IMG/VR virus record: IMGVR_UViG_3300046832_002586
Coordinates: 1-64,000 of that record
Length of the DNA stretch: 64,000 nucleotides
Origin: an uncultured virus (IMG/VR IMGVR_UViG_3300046832_002586)
Taxonomy: Duplodnaviria; Heunggongvirae; Uroviricota; Caudoviricetes
Strand: one strand, 5' to 3'
The notes under the pieces were generated by a model, which was not told the origin of the DNA, did no database searches, and saw nothing but the letters and a program-made list of their open reading frames with translations. The translations under genes and the position numbers were made by a program. This document shows, one piece after another, positions 1 through 10,221 of this stretch. Numbering within the stretch: position 1 is the stretch's first letter; each line of letters starts with the position of its first letter.

Positions 1-41
1 AAGTAGTTCCTTTTGATTATAAGGAAGAAGGTTGGAGAGGA

Positions 42-296
42 ATGAGTTTTGTTTGTGAGTTTGATGAAAAGACTGTTCAGAAAAACGTTGAGATGATTCT
101 CAAGGTGATTAAGTTGAACCGAGAAAGGGAAGAAAAAGAAAGACTATTTCATAATGTAGTTGCAGAGTTAAAAAAGACGTTTGAAAAAACTGATTTAAAA
201 CATTTACAAAATCTTTCAATTGGTTTTGATGAAACTGCGAATTTAAATGTTGAGACAGATGAACCACAGGGAGAGACTATTGGACTGGCTGAATAA
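42..296 (+). CDS. hypothetical protein (probably 5'-truncated by the window edge)
   Basis: ORF track; frame appears open upstream of the annotated ATG. Confidence 0.6.
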   Translation: MSFVCEFDEKTVQKNVEMILKVIKLNREREEKERLFHNVVAELKKTFEKTDLKHLQNLSIGFDETANLNVETDEPQGETIGLAE

Positions 297-441
297 GGAA
301 AAACAAAAAGACCAAGCTGAGTTGATGAGGGAAAAGGAAAGATTTACTCAACAACTCATTCAAATGAAAAAAACTGATTTATTTCAAAAACCGAAAAATT
401 CAATATGGAAAAGAATACAGAAGCTCCTTTGGGGGAATTAG
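259..441 (+). CDS. small hypothetical protein
   Basis: ORF overlapping neighbours in an operon-like arrangement; ATG at 259. Confidence 0.55.
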   Translation: MNHRERLLDWLNKEKQKDQAELMREKERFTQQLIQMKKTDLFQKPKNSIWKRIQKLLWGN

Positions 442-692
442 AAAAATTAGCGTTGTTATCTGACGCAATCAATGACCTATTCCCAAATTATGATAGGATG
501 ATGGTTTTTGAATTAGATAAACCTGAATACGACAAAATCATAGGTCATTTCAGGGAGATTGATAGACATCACAAACAGTTCTTGATTGATATCTCAGGTG
601 TTGAGTTTTACTTCATGTTGAAAAAAGAGGTTGAGGAAACTCCTAAGGAAGTTTCTGAAGAAGCTCCTGAGGAACCTACCGAGGAAAAGTAG
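405..692 (+). CDS. hypothetical protein
   Basis: 95 aa ORF with acidic C-terminal tail. Confidence 0.65.
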   Translation: MEKNTEAPLGELEKLALLSDAINDLFPNYDRMMVFELDKPEYDKIIGHFREIDRHHKQFLIDISGVEFYFMLKKEVEETPKEVSEEAPEEPTEEK

Positions 693-1323
693 TGTATTGT
701 CTGTAAAGTAGTTTTTTATCAAACCCATTACTATTTAAAAAATCTATTAAGTATTTTTTCTGAGCCGTTGATGTGTCTTTTACAATAAGACAGTCTTTCT
801 TTTGCGAATTTATAAAGTGTTCGGTAAGACAATCAAGTAATCTTGATGTCTCAGATGGTGACTTAGTTGTGAATACTGAAAAATTATCATCTTTTTGTAT
901 GATAACTTTATTGTGTAGTGAGTTAATCATTTTTAGACCGTCACCATTTAGATGTTTTGAAATTAATTGAGCTACTGTAACCTTCTTTTTGTTTTTAATG
1001 TCGTAAATCGTTTCTTCTTGATTGTATACGGACACCTTAATTAGTCCCCATTTATTATCAATCAATTGTATTTTAACATTTCTACCAAATTCATCGGTGG
1101 TGTATTGTGGAATATCAGACTTGTAACCATCTTGTAGGATACCCAATTCAAATTTACATTCAACAGTACCTTCAATTTGTTTTGGGAAGATAACTTTGTC
1201 AGATTCTTCCATTAATAAATTAAAAAAGTTTTCACAATTTTTGAAATTGTTAAACTTCTTTATTATCTTTTTTTTAACCTTATCTTTGAAAAGAACTATT
1301 TGATACTTTGGATTTACTAACAT
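676..1323 (-). CDS. hypothetical protein
   Basis: 215 aa ORF; start codon uncertain. Confidence 0.65.
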   Translation of the reverse strand: MLVNPKYQIVLFKDKVKKKIIKKFNNFKNCENFFNLLMEESDKVIFPKQIEGTVECKFELGILQDGYKSDIPQYTTDEFGRNVKIQLIDNKWGLIKVSVYNQEETIYDIKNKKKVTVAQLISKHLNGDGLKMINSLHNKVIIQKDDNFSVFTTKSPSETSRLLDCLTEHFINSQKKDCLIVKDTSTAQKKYLIDFLNSNGFDKKLLYRQYTTFPR

Positions 1324-2248
1324 GAAAGATTACTATGAAATATTAGGCGTACAGGAAAATGCCACTGATGAAGAACTTAAACGTGCTTATAGAAAATTGT
1401 CTAAACAATACCATCCTGATGTTAATCCTGAGGGTGGTGAAAAATTTCGTGAAATAGCCGAAGCCTACGACGTTCTTTCAGACCCCACTAAAAAGAATAA
1501 CTACTTAAGCCAAAAAAACAACCCATTTAATGGAACTGAATTTGAGGATTTCTTTAAAAACATGTTTAGTGGGGGTCAAAGACCACAAGGTCCGAGAAAA
1601 AATGCCGATAAGATTGTCAAACTAAACGTCACACCGATAGATTCATATAAGGGTATGGATAAAGACTTAAACTTCCAACGAAACCATCCGTGTGGTGATT
1701 GTGGGGGTAATGGTGGTGATAGAGTCACTTGTCATCACTGTCAAGGTCAAGGATTCACTACTCAAGTCATGGGTTCAGGATTCTTACAACAAGTTGTTAG
1801 ACGTGGATGTGGACACTGTGGCGCAACAGGTTCAATTCTAACAAAATATTGTAATTCATGTAGTGGTGTAGGTACCAAACCAAAATTTGAAACCATAAAA
1901 ATTACTATCCCAAAGAATGTTGATGATGGGCAGTTCCTACGCATTTCTCAAAAGGGTGATTTCTCATATGGTTTCTATGGTGATTTGATAATTCAAGTGG
2001 TTATGGACAATACAAAAGAGTTTCAAAAGATGGGTAATGATTTGATTTATAATTTAGAGTTCAATTATGATGAGCTTAAAAATGATGTATATCATATCCC
2101 ACACCCTGATGGTGATATTAAAATTCCGTCACCAAATGAATTTGATACAAACAAACCTTTAAGACTTAAAGGGAAAGGTTATCCAACAGGGGATATGTAT
2201 GTTAAATTAAGAGTTAAGTTCAACAAATCTGATTTGAAATCTAATTGA
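1322..2248 (+). CDS. dnaJ: DnaJ chaperone (J domain, zinc finger, C-terminal domain)
   Basis: DYYEILGV...YHPD J-domain motif, four CxxCxGxG repeats, C-terminal LRLKGKG/GDMYV. Confidence 0.95.
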   Translation: MKDYYEILGVQENATDEELKRAYRKLSKQYHPDVNPEGGEKFREIAEAYDVLSDPTKKNNYLSQKNNPFNGTEFEDFFKNMFSGGQRPQGPRKNADKIVKLNVTPIDSYKGMDKDLNFQRNHPCGDCGGNGGDRVTCHHCQGQGFTTQVMGSGFLQQVVRRGCGHCGATGSILTKYCNSCSGVGTKPKFETIKITIPKNVDDGQFLRISQKGDFSYGFYGDLIIQVVMDNTKEFQKMGNDLIYNLEFNYDELKNDVYHIPHPDGDIKIPSPNEFDTNKPLRLKGKGYPTGDMYVKLRVKFNKSDLKSN

Positions 2249-2264
2249 GGGTATTTATGATTGT

Positions 2265-3152
2265 ATGAAAACAATCAACGAGGGTTCCAAAAGAGTTAAG
2301 TTAAATCAAAGAACCATATCCGACATCAAAAATGTTATTGATGTTATTTGGAAAGACTATGAAGACTTGGATGATGAAAATCCGTTGAAAGGTACGATTT
2401 ATGTCAATGACCCATCAGGTGCTGAGTTTGATATACCGGTATATTATTTAAGTGACTTTAGTGAACAGGGTGCTGTTTTCCAACAAGACCAAACCAAACC
2501 ACGTTCTTTGGATAATCTTTTTATGATTGTCAATCCTGATAAAGTTTTAATACCAAATAAGAAGTCCCTATACAATGTAATCTATCACGAAATTCAACAC
2601 ATGATTGATTTGAACACAACTCTTTATTTAAACCCTAAACAAATAGAGAAATATAAAAGTGCTGGTAGTGATGAATATTGGGGGCACGACTTTGAATTCA
2701 GGGCATACACCAACGAAATTTTAGAAGGGATTGTCAATGAGTATAAAAGTCTTTTAGGTGTTAAAACAAAGGAAGAAATATTGAACAGTTTAAAATCTTT
2801 AGTGAAATATTTTGCTGTTGAAGGTGAAGCTGACGAGACTGCTAAAAATGTTCTGTTAGATATTTCATCAGAATCTTTAGGTGAGGAGTTACCACATGTA
2901 ATTCAAGTTTTAATGCTTCTCAAGGCAAATAACCCTGAAATGTGGGGGGAATTCCTTAAGATGTTATATTCAACCGTAATTGAAATTGCTACAGATATTA
3001 AAAATTATAAGTCTGGTGATGAACTTAAAGAAGAAAGTAAGTTCAAGAAACCAAGAAAGTATGATAAGTCATATTGTGAAAAAACCCCATGTGGTTCCAT
3101 GGGGTTTAGTCAAAAAGCTTCTTGTAGACCCTACAAGAATTGCTACAAGTAA
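2265..3152 (+). CDS. putative zincin-like metallopeptidase with Cys-rich C-terminal tail
   Basis: HEIQH (HExxH) plus downstream EFRAY; TATTTAT upstream. Confidence 0.55.
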   Translation: MKTINEGSKRVKLNQRTISDIKNVIDVIWKDYEDLDDENPLKGTIYVNDPSGAEFDIPVYYLSDFSEQGAVFQQDQTKPRSLDNLFMIVNPDKVLIPNKKSLYNVIYHEIQHMIDLNTTLYLNPKQIEKYKSAGSDEYWGHDFEFRAYTNEILEGIVNEYKSLLGVKTKEEILNSLKSLVKYFAVEGEADETAKNVLLDISSESLGEELPHVIQVLMLLKANNPEMWGEFLKMLYSTVIEIATDIKNYKSGDELKEESKFKKPRKYDKSYCEKTPCGSMGFSQKASCRPYKNCYK

Positions 3153-3386
3153 TTACCTTGGAGCGTTTCTTATCTTTAAATAATCCGATTTAGTAATGGT
3201 TGTTCGTGAAACTATCACGTAATTATCACCATCTTTTTCAACCCAACGTTCTCTGTGAATTGGTCGCACTTCTGATACAACTTCTGTATTGTTGTTTCTT
3301 CTGTGTTTCTTCTTTCCTTTCCCGTCCTGAGCGAATGATGGTAACATAATTAATCCCATCATCAAAACCAAAAATAACTTTTTCAT
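3153..3386 (-). CDS. small secreted protein
   Basis: likely start MKKLFLVLMMGLIMLPSFAQ = signal peptide followed by Gln. Confidence 0.65.
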   Translation of the reverse strand: MKKLFLVLMMGLIMLPSFAQDGKGKKKHRRNNNTEVVSEVRPIHRERWVEKDGDNYVIVSRTTITKSDYLKIRNAPR

Positions 3387-3556
3387 ATGTAAATATTGTT
3401 TGTGGTTTATGGAAAGTGTTAACACTCTCTTAACATAAATATAACATTTACCACACATAAGACAAGTCAGATGAAAAATTTAACATTGGAAACTTGCTTT
3501 GTTGTGATTATGACCTACATTTGTATTAAAGTAATAAATCTCTTATATTTTAAAAT

Positions 3557-4396
3557 ATGTTATCATATATTGGTGGAAAAAGTAAGATAGGTAAATGGAT
3601 TGTTGGGGAGTACCCACAGGACATGGAAACCTATGTAGAAACATTCGGAGGAATGTTTTGGTGTTTTTATAATATGGATTTGAGTAAGTTTCCAAATCTT
3701 AAGACAGTGGTGTATAATGATTTTAATCCACTAAATCATAATCTATTTAACTGTCTTCAAAACCCAACAGAACTACTCAAGGCAATAAACTCAATACCCT
3801 GTCAGGAATTTGGTATTGAAAAAACACCTGAATTATACCCAATTTTATTCAAGAACTACCAACAAACACTTTTTAGTAGTGATTTAAAATTGAAGACACC
3901 TGATTATATGATAGCGGCACAGTATGCATATATTCTAACTCAGGTCTTTAGTGGTTCCAAACCTGAATCAAGTTCTTATATTGACCTAAAGGGTAAATAC
4001 AAGTCCAAATATCTTACCTTCCGTGACAAACTAATCAACCCAAAATGGTTGGATAAGTTTATTAGAATAACTAACTTTGAAAACATGGACTTTGCAGATG
4101 TGATTACTAAGTATGATTCACCAACTACCTACATTTATTTGGACCCACCATATTGGAAGACTGAGAACTATTATTCAAATCATGACTTTGACCGTGAGGA
4201 CCATGAACGACTTGCAAACGTATTACATAATGTGACGGGTAAGTTTTCGTTATCGTATTATGATTTTGAATTACTACATCAGTGGTTTCCTGAAGACCAA
4301 TATAGATGGGTTAAAAAAGAGTTTGTTAAAGCAGCTGCCGCTAAGAAAGGTAAGACCCAAAACATGGGGGAAGAGTTATTGATAATGAATTATTAA
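3557..4396 (+). CDS. D12-class (Dam-like) DNA adenine methyltransferase
   Basis: N-terminal YIGGKS, ETFGG, VYNDFN and catalytic YLDPPY. Confidence 0.9.
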   Translation: MLSYIGGKSKIGKWIVGEYPQDMETYVETFGGMFWCFYNMDLSKFPNLKTVVYNDFNPLNHNLFNCLQNPTELLKAINSIPCQEFGIEKTPELYPILFKNYQQTLFSSDLKLKTPDYMIAAQYAYILTQVFSGSKPESSSYIDLKGKYKSKYLTFRDKLINPKWLDKFIRITNFENMDFADVITKYDSPTTYIYLDPPYWKTENYYSNHDFDREDHERLANVLHNVTGKFSLSYYDFELLHQWFPEDQYRWVKKEFVKAAAAKKGKTQNMGEELLIMNY

Positions 4397-4438
4397 TATT
4401 TCTTGAGTTATTGTGTATTTATAGATAAACATATAAAG

Positions 4439-5770
4439 ATGAAATTCACGTCTGTATTAAAGGAGATTATTTTAGAACAATCAAGATTTGAAGTCTTGAT
4501 GGACAAATTTGTAAAACCAAAGAAAAAAGGGGAAAAGGTTATTGCTCCAAAAATGAAAAAAGAGGAGCTTTACAAACTTATTAATGCCGACCCAACATCA
4601 AGGTTGAATAATGTTGATTTGGACAATGCAACTAAAGAAGACTTGGAAAAGGTTAAAGTTGGTGAATACACACCATGGTTAATCAAACAATATTTAAATC
4701 CAACAACAGAACGTGCATTTGGTGATTATGGATATGACCAAGAAGTGAAGGTCATGAAAGACCGTTTCATGGAAGACCTTTATAAGGTTACGGATGACTT
4801 GAAAAAGTTTAATAGATTCAAGGGTAGACTTCCTGTTGAACAGAGAGATATTAATAAATTAAGTACAGATGCATTATATGATGCAGTTAAGGACTTTGAT
4901 TTAACGTTGGCGACAACAACAAAGGCTGAGAGAAAGAGTCTTCCTGTTCACCCTGGTGCTGACTCAAGTTATGATGGTGAGACATGGAAAGTCGTAAAAA
5001 TTGAAGATAAAGGTGAAAGAGGTAAAGAAGCTGCATGTTTCTATGGTGGTAATCAACAAGAGACAAGATGGTGTACTTCCGCACCTGGTTTGAGTTGGTT
5101 TAACAACTACATCAAGGATGGACCTTTATATGTTGTGTATAATCCAAACGACCCTAAGATATCACCACAAACAGGATTACCTATTGAAAGGTATCAATTC
5201 CACTTCCCTTCTAATCAATTCATGGATAAAGATGATAGAAGTGTTAATTTGGTGGACTTATTGAACGGTCCTATGGCGGAACTTAAACAATACTTCAAAC
5301 CTGAATTTGCAAAAGGTTTGACGGCAGGTTCTGGTAAAGATTTGAAGATTGATGGTTTTGGTTCAGGTTCTGTTGGTAAATTTGTTGGTCTTTATGGGTT
5401 AGAAGAATTGTTTAATTCATTACCTGATAGTTTGGAACAAATCAAAATTAAAAATAGAGACAACGCTGGTACAATCATTAATATTCCACCTTCAATTACA
5501 AGGTTCAAAAATCTTAAACACTTGGTGTTGGTAAATTGTATTAATAATGTACCTGATTATATTTGTCAGTTGAACAACTTGAATATTTTAGGTGTTATGA
5601 GTAACCCTCAACTAACAAGTTTACCTGAATGTTTAGGAACAATGGAAAACTTGGAATTCATTAACTTCAAGGACACAGGAGCATCCGCACCAAAGTCATT
5701 AGAATCTAATGGTTGGTCTGAAATGGAAACTGGTATGTGGGATAAGTTCTCACAAGATGATGAAGTATAA
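4439..5770 (+). CDS. leucine-rich-repeat protein, paralog 1
   Basis: likely ATG at 4439 (MKFTSVLKEIILEQ); WCTS motif; C-terminal LRRs (LTSLPECLGTMENLEFI). Confidence 0.8.
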   Translation: MKFTSVLKEIILEQSRFEVLMDKFVKPKKKGEKVIAPKMKKEELYKLINADPTSRLNNVDLDNATKEDLEKVKVGEYTPWLIKQYLNPTTERAFGDYGYDQEVKVMKDRFMEDLYKVTDDLKKFNRFKGRLPVEQRDINKLSTDALYDAVKDFDLTLATTTKAERKSLPVHPGADSSYDGETWKVVKIEDKGERGKEAACFYGGNQQETRWCTSAPGLSWFNNYIKDGPLYVVYNPNDPKISPQTGLPIERYQFHFPSNQFMDKDDRSVNLVDLLNGPMAELKQYFKPEFAKGLTAGSGKDLKIDGFGSGSVGKFVGLYGLEELFNSLPDSLEQIKIKNRDNAGTIINIPPSITRFKNLKHLVLVNCINNVPDYICQLNNLNILGVMSNPQLTSLPECLGTMENLEFINFKDTGASAPKSLESNGWSEMETGMWDKFSQDDEV

Positions 5771-5820
5771 TAATTAGATTAGTTTTATCTGACTATTTAT
5801 TAATGTAAACTTTCAATTTT

Positions 5821-7209
5821 ATGAAATTCTATGAAATTTTAAAAAACGTTATTCTTGAAGATGCAAGAATAGACGTTTTATCTAATAAATTTTTGAAACC
5901 CATAAAAGGAAAGGAATCTTTATTAACAGCGGAAGAACTTTTTGCACTTGCCGTGGCAGACCCCTTGACTAAAGTTGAAGAAGGTGTTGACATTGACAAT
6001 TTTGATGGTGATTGGTCAAGTTTTAAAAAAACGGGTCCGTATGTTCAATGGATTATTAAACAATATCTTAACCTTAAACCTACAGATGAAGATGGTCAAA
6101 TTATTGAACCAAATAGTAAATTGTATAAAGAACAATTAAAAAAGACTAAACGATTATTTTGGGAGGACTTAATAAAGGTTACACAAAATTTGAGGAAGTT
6201 TGATAGGTTCAAAAATAGATTAGATGTTGAATTTAGGAATATTGATAAGTTATCTATAGATACATTAGAAAACTTAGTCTCAAGTTTTTCTTTAGAGAAA
6301 GAAAAAGCCACAAGAGATGAAAAGAAAGTCGCCTCAAGAACATATGAACATCCTGGTGCTGATGTTGTTTATAGAGGACCGAAGTGGACTATCGTTAAAA
6401 TTTCACGTGGTGATGAATTAGGTCGAGATGCCGCATGTTATTATGGCGGAAATATGTTAGGACCTGGTCAGGGTGAAACAGATTGGTGCACATCATCTCC
6501 GGGTTATGATAGAAATTTTAAATATTATATTAGTAAAGGTCCACTTTTTGTTATTATTCCTAACCAACCAAGAATTTTTGGTGGTTTCGGAGATGAAGTT
6601 GGTAGAGTAAGTGGACTTTCAGGGGAAAGATACCAATTCCATTTTCCTGACCAACAATTTATGGATGCTGATGATGACCAAATTAATTTACATTCTTTCT
6701 TCAAAGAAAATCCTGAACTTAAAGAATTTTTTAAGCCTGAATTTGCAAAATCTTTAGTTGTTGGTTCGGGTAGGGACCTAAAGATTGACGGTTTTAATTC
6801 CGGTATAGTTGGTAAATTTGTGAGTATTTTTGGATTAGAAGAACTATTTAATTCTTTACCTGAAACTTTGGAACAAATTAAAATTAAAAATAGAGACAGT
6901 GACGCTATCATTAACATTCCATCTTCAATTACAAGATTTCAAAACCTTAAACATTTAGTGTTAGTAAATTGTGTTGATTCTATACCCGATTATGTTTGTC
7001 AGTTAAGTAAGTTAAACATTTTGGGTGTTATGGATAACCCTAAATTGACAAGTTTACCTGAATGTTTGGCGACTATGGAAAGTTTGGAATTTATCAACTT
7101 TAAGAATACTGGGGTATCATCGGCTCCTAAGTCATTGGAAGCTAATGGTTGGTCTGAAATGGAAACGGGTATGTGGGACAAGTTCTCACAAGATGATGAA
7201 ACTTTATAA
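5821..7209 (+). CDS. leucine-rich-repeat protein, paralog 2
   Basis: same architecture as upstream gene; near-identical C-terminus (NGWSEMETGMWDKFSQDDE). Confidence 0.8.
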   Translation: MKFYEILKNVILEDARIDVLSNKFLKPIKGKESLLTAEELFALAVADPLTKVEEGVDIDNFDGDWSSFKKTGPYVQWIIKQYLNLKPTDEDGQIIEPNSKLYKEQLKKTKRLFWEDLIKVTQNLRKFDRFKNRLDVEFRNIDKLSIDTLENLVSSFSLEKEKATRDEKKVASRTYEHPGADVVYRGPKWTIVKISRGDELGRDAACYYGGNMLGPGQGETDWCTSSPGYDRNFKYYISKGPLFVIIPNQPRIFGGFGDEVGRVSGLSGERYQFHFPDQQFMDADDDQINLHSFFKENPELKEFFKPEFAKSLVVGSGRDLKIDGFNSGIVGKFVSIFGLEELFNSLPETLEQIKIKNRDSDAIINIPSSITRFQNLKHLVLVNCVDSIPDYVCQLSKLNILGVMDNPKLTSLPECLATMESLEFINFKNTGVSSAPKSLEANGWSEMETGMWDKFSQDDETL

Positions 7210-7222
7210 TTGATTTTTTACT

Positions 7223-7501
7223 ATGAACGTCGATGTTCAAATCTATTTATCAGAATTCAAAAGGTTCTTCAATCAGAACCCTGATGACTTGGCAAATCTT
7301 ATTCCTTTGAATCTAAAGGATGATTTTTATGAAAAGGTTAGGGAGGTTGCAGATTCCAACGCTGAAGAAGGTAAAGAAATATCCCTTACTCAAAAACAAC
7401 TTATTGACATTTGTGTGATGATTAATGGTGGTTCTAAGAAGAAATCAAAAATTGAGTCATTCATACTTGAAACAAAATTCGGAAATATTTTTCTAAACTA
7501 A
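7223..7501 (+). CDS. hypothetical protein
   Basis: 92 aa ORF. Confidence 0.7.
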   Translation: MNVDVQIYLSEFKRFFNQNPDDLANLIPLNLKDDFYEKVREVADSNAEEGKEISLTQKQLIDICVMINGGSKKKSKIESFILETKFGNIFLN

Positions 7502-7561
7502 GTTTTTCATTTAATTTTTTTCATTATCTTTGTTAGGTGTTGGATATGGCACTTTTTTAAG

Positions 7562-9205
7562 ATGGATAGAAAAGTTATTTTTTCAGATTTACGTAAAACA
7601 TATTGGGTTGGGTTACACCAAGAATCCAATACATATCCGATATCGTCAAAACGTTATGGTAAGGATGGAAAGCTGTTATTCAGAACGGCTCAAGAATATA
7701 ATGACGACGAGGAGATGTATGTAAAACACTTTGCCGACCCTATGGCGAGTGTGAGTTGTCATACGAAGACTTTTTATATTGAAAGAGTGGGTGATAAGTT
7801 ATCCATTAAGATGTATGAAAAATTCAAAACCCGAACAAGGGGTACATCTTATTTTAAGGAAAAGAAACACATGTGGTTTATTACTGTAAATTTGGTTACA
7901 GGTGATTTCTACCAAGGAAAGTTATTGAACTACCAAAACAAAATAAAACGAACTAAACATATAAGAAGAAATTGTTTTTACGATGCAACAGTCTCTTTTT
8001 TACCTGGTATTCTTTCGGATTTCTTTTTTCCTTATATTAAAGATAAAGATGAAAGAAATGAATATATTGATTACTTGTTAAACATATTCAAGTATGAAAT
8101 GATTACCCATATGGAAAGTAGAACTTTCTTACCATCCAGTCCCATTCATTTGTTGTATATTTTTTATCTGACAAAAAAGGGTATAAAATACCCTAACAAT
8201 GTAAATTTGTTTACCTCGGGTCACGGAAAACTTGATTTCCTACCAACGATGAAGGAGTTTAAGAAAACAAAGATGAAGTATGTGGATGCCTTTATGCTCC
8301 GTAATAATCTTAAAGGTGATAAAGTTAAAAAAGTTCTACATAAAATATCATTTGTAAATTTGGGTTGGTATAGAATTGCTATAAATTTATTTGGTACCGA
8401 ATGGATTCATCAGGACGATGAATTATTAACGGAATTATTTAATAATCAACACCAGATTAGCAGTAGTGAAACAAATATCAGTATTTCTAACTGGTCAATT
8501 GGTGAAAAGAAAAGGTGTTTTGATATGTTTAAAAAATTTATATGGAGTAAGACATCTTTCAGTACCTTTGTTGACCATATCAAATTATTGAACTACCTCA
8601 AAGAAGTTGGTGAAGATGTAAAATGGGAAAGTAAAAACATTGTTGACTTTTCACAAGAACATCAATTTTTGTCTGAACTGAAACAATCTTATGTTATTGG
8701 TAAATTCACACGAATCTATTCTGATGGATTTTTAAATGAATTCAAATCGTTTGAAATTAACGGTGAGAAGTATCACCCTAAAGTATTATTAACTACTGAC
8801 GATTTCAATGAGGAGAGTTCTCATCAATATAACTGCGTCAGAGGGTATGTTGATAAAACATCTTCTTTTGTATTATCATTAAGAAAAGGTGATGAAAGGG
8901 CTACGGTAGAATACGAAGTTTCAATAACTCATGGAAAATATCTTATGAAAAGAGTTCAATACTTGGCAAAATACAATAAGAACTTGGATGAGTGTTGGAA
9001 CGAAGCCTTAAACTTTGTGGATGACATGGTAAACAAAAACCTCCGTAAATTTGTTTTTATTATGGGTTTGAAAAAAGAAACCAAATCAAAAACATATCAG
9101 TATAAATTAAAACCAAATGAGAATGGTTTTGGGTTTAAGTGGGTAGATGATAATGGTTTTGAAATGGATAGAAATTCATCTTCATTTTTTGATTTTTTAA
9201 TTTAA
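7562..9205 (+). CDS. PcfJ-like domain protein
   Basis: C-terminal FNEESSHQYNCVRGY...ATVEY...VQYLAKYN pattern; TATCTTTG promoter at 7525. Confidence 0.7.
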   Translation: MDRKVIFSDLRKTYWVGLHQESNTYPISSKRYGKDGKLLFRTAQEYNDDEEMYVKHFADPMASVSCHTKTFYIERVGDKLSIKMYEKFKTRTRGTSYFKEKKHMWFITVNLVTGDFYQGKLLNYQNKIKRTKHIRRNCFYDATVSFLPGILSDFFFPYIKDKDERNEYIDYLLNIFKYEMITHMESRTFLPSSPIHLLYIFYLTKKGIKYPNNVNLFTSGHGKLDFLPTMKEFKKTKMKYVDAFMLRNNLKGDKVKKVLHKISFVNLGWYRIAINLFGTEWIHQDDELLTELFNNQHQISSSETNISISNWSIGEKKRCFDMFKKFIWSKTSFSTFVDHIKLLNYLKEVGEDVKWESKNIVDFSQEHQFLSELKQSYVIGKFTRIYSDGFLNEFKSFEINGEKYHPKVLLTTDDFNEESSHQYNCVRGYVDKTSSFVLSLRKGDERATVEYEVSITHGKYLMKRVQYLAKYNKNLDECWNEALNFVDDMVNKNLRKFVFIMGLKKETKSKTYQYKLKPNENGFGFKWVDDNGFEMDRNSSSFFDFLI

Positions 9206-9215
9206 CTTTAAAACT

Positions 9216-9530
9216 ATGTTTCCAAAACACCATTTCGTTGTACGAAAAATTGAAGAGTCTACCGGTAAAATATTTTCGGTAATAAGAAGTATAGATTGTG
9301 GTTTACCAAATACAGACAGTGGTAAAATTACCTGTCTTTATTTTGATAAGGTTCACACTTCAGAGGAATATCGTGAGATTGTTTACAAGACCATCAACGG
9401 ATTTATATTACATTACGAAAGAGGTGGGGGTCCAACATATACTATGGATATTTATTTTTATCCTGAACAAACAACAGACGTAAACTTCTTTATTAAAAGT
9501 CTAACAACTAAAAAAAATACAAATATTTAA
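9216..9530 (+). CDS. hypothetical protein
   Basis: 104 aa ORF in operon. Confidence 0.65.
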   Translation: MFPKHHFVVRKIEESTGKIFSVIRSIDCGLPNTDSGKITCLYFDKVHTSEEYREIVYKTINGFILHYERGGGPTYTMDIYFYPEQTTDVNFFIKSLTTKKNTNI

Positions 9531-9534
9531 AATT

Positions 9535-9846
9535 ATGAAACAACTTACAGCAGAAGAGATTAGAGAAAAGATTTCAAACAAAGAGACTTTCTTTTTGGAC
9601 ATGTATGCCACTTGGTGTGGGCCGTGTAAAGTATTAATGGGAAATATGCAAAAACTTGCAGACAGTGGTCAAGAACTCCCAATGGAGATGTTCAAATATG
9701 ATGTGGATTCAGACCGTGAACTAACATCAGAGATGGGAATCCGTTCTGTACCTACAGTAAAAATTTTCAAAGATGGTGAAGTAGTTAAAACCAATTCAGG
9801 AGTTTTGACACAACAACAGATAATGGAACTTATGGAACAGTATTAA
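9535..9846 (+). CDS. thioredoxin
   Basis: WCGPC active site, SVPT cis-Pro motif. Confidence 0.95.
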   Translation: MKQLTAEEIREKISNKETFFLDMYATWCGPCKVLMGNMQKLADSGQELPMEMFKYDVDSDRELTSEMGIRSVPTVKIFKDGEVVKTNSGVLTQQQIMELMEQY

Positions 9847-10127
9847 TGACCACGGTTGTTGTTTATACTATGAAGGGATGTCCTTTCTGCACGGAGTTTA
9901 AGGACATGCTCAAAGAAAACAAAATTAGATTCATTGACCGAGACATTGACAAATACTCTGATGAATATAATTTGTTTGTTGAAGCGACTGAAAATGATTA
10001 CATACCCGCACTTATGATTATTAAAGATGGTGGTGAAAAACGTAAATCATTTTTATATGCTCCCGAAAGAGATTATAATGAGCTCACCGAGGCATTAGAC
10101 ATAGTAAAAAAACATTTAATAAAATAA
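9846..10127 (+). CDS. glutaredoxin-like protein
   Basis: VYTMKGCPFC motif. Confidence 0.9.
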   Translation: MTTVVVYTMKGCPFCTEFKDMLKENKIRFIDRDIDKYSDEYNLFVEATENDYIPALMIIKDGGEKRKSFLYAPERDYNELTEALDIVKKHLIK

Positions 10128-10130
10128 TTG

Positions 10131-10154
10131 AAGGATGGGTGACCATCCTTTTTT
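10131..10154 (+). terminator. intrinsic terminator
   Basis: AAGGATGG-GTGA-CCATCCTT hairpin followed by T-tract. Confidence 0.8.
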
Positions 10155-10221
10155 ATTTTAATGGTTTTTTCTTGATTTGTTTTAAAACTCCTTGTATTTA
10201 TAGAGAGTATAAAATCCAAAT

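Noticed and set aside
5290..7209. Duplicated LRR C-termini as a diversity-generating retroelement TR/VR pair
   Set aside because: No reverse transcriptase is visible in the window, both copies are coding, and the differences are not adenine-specific.
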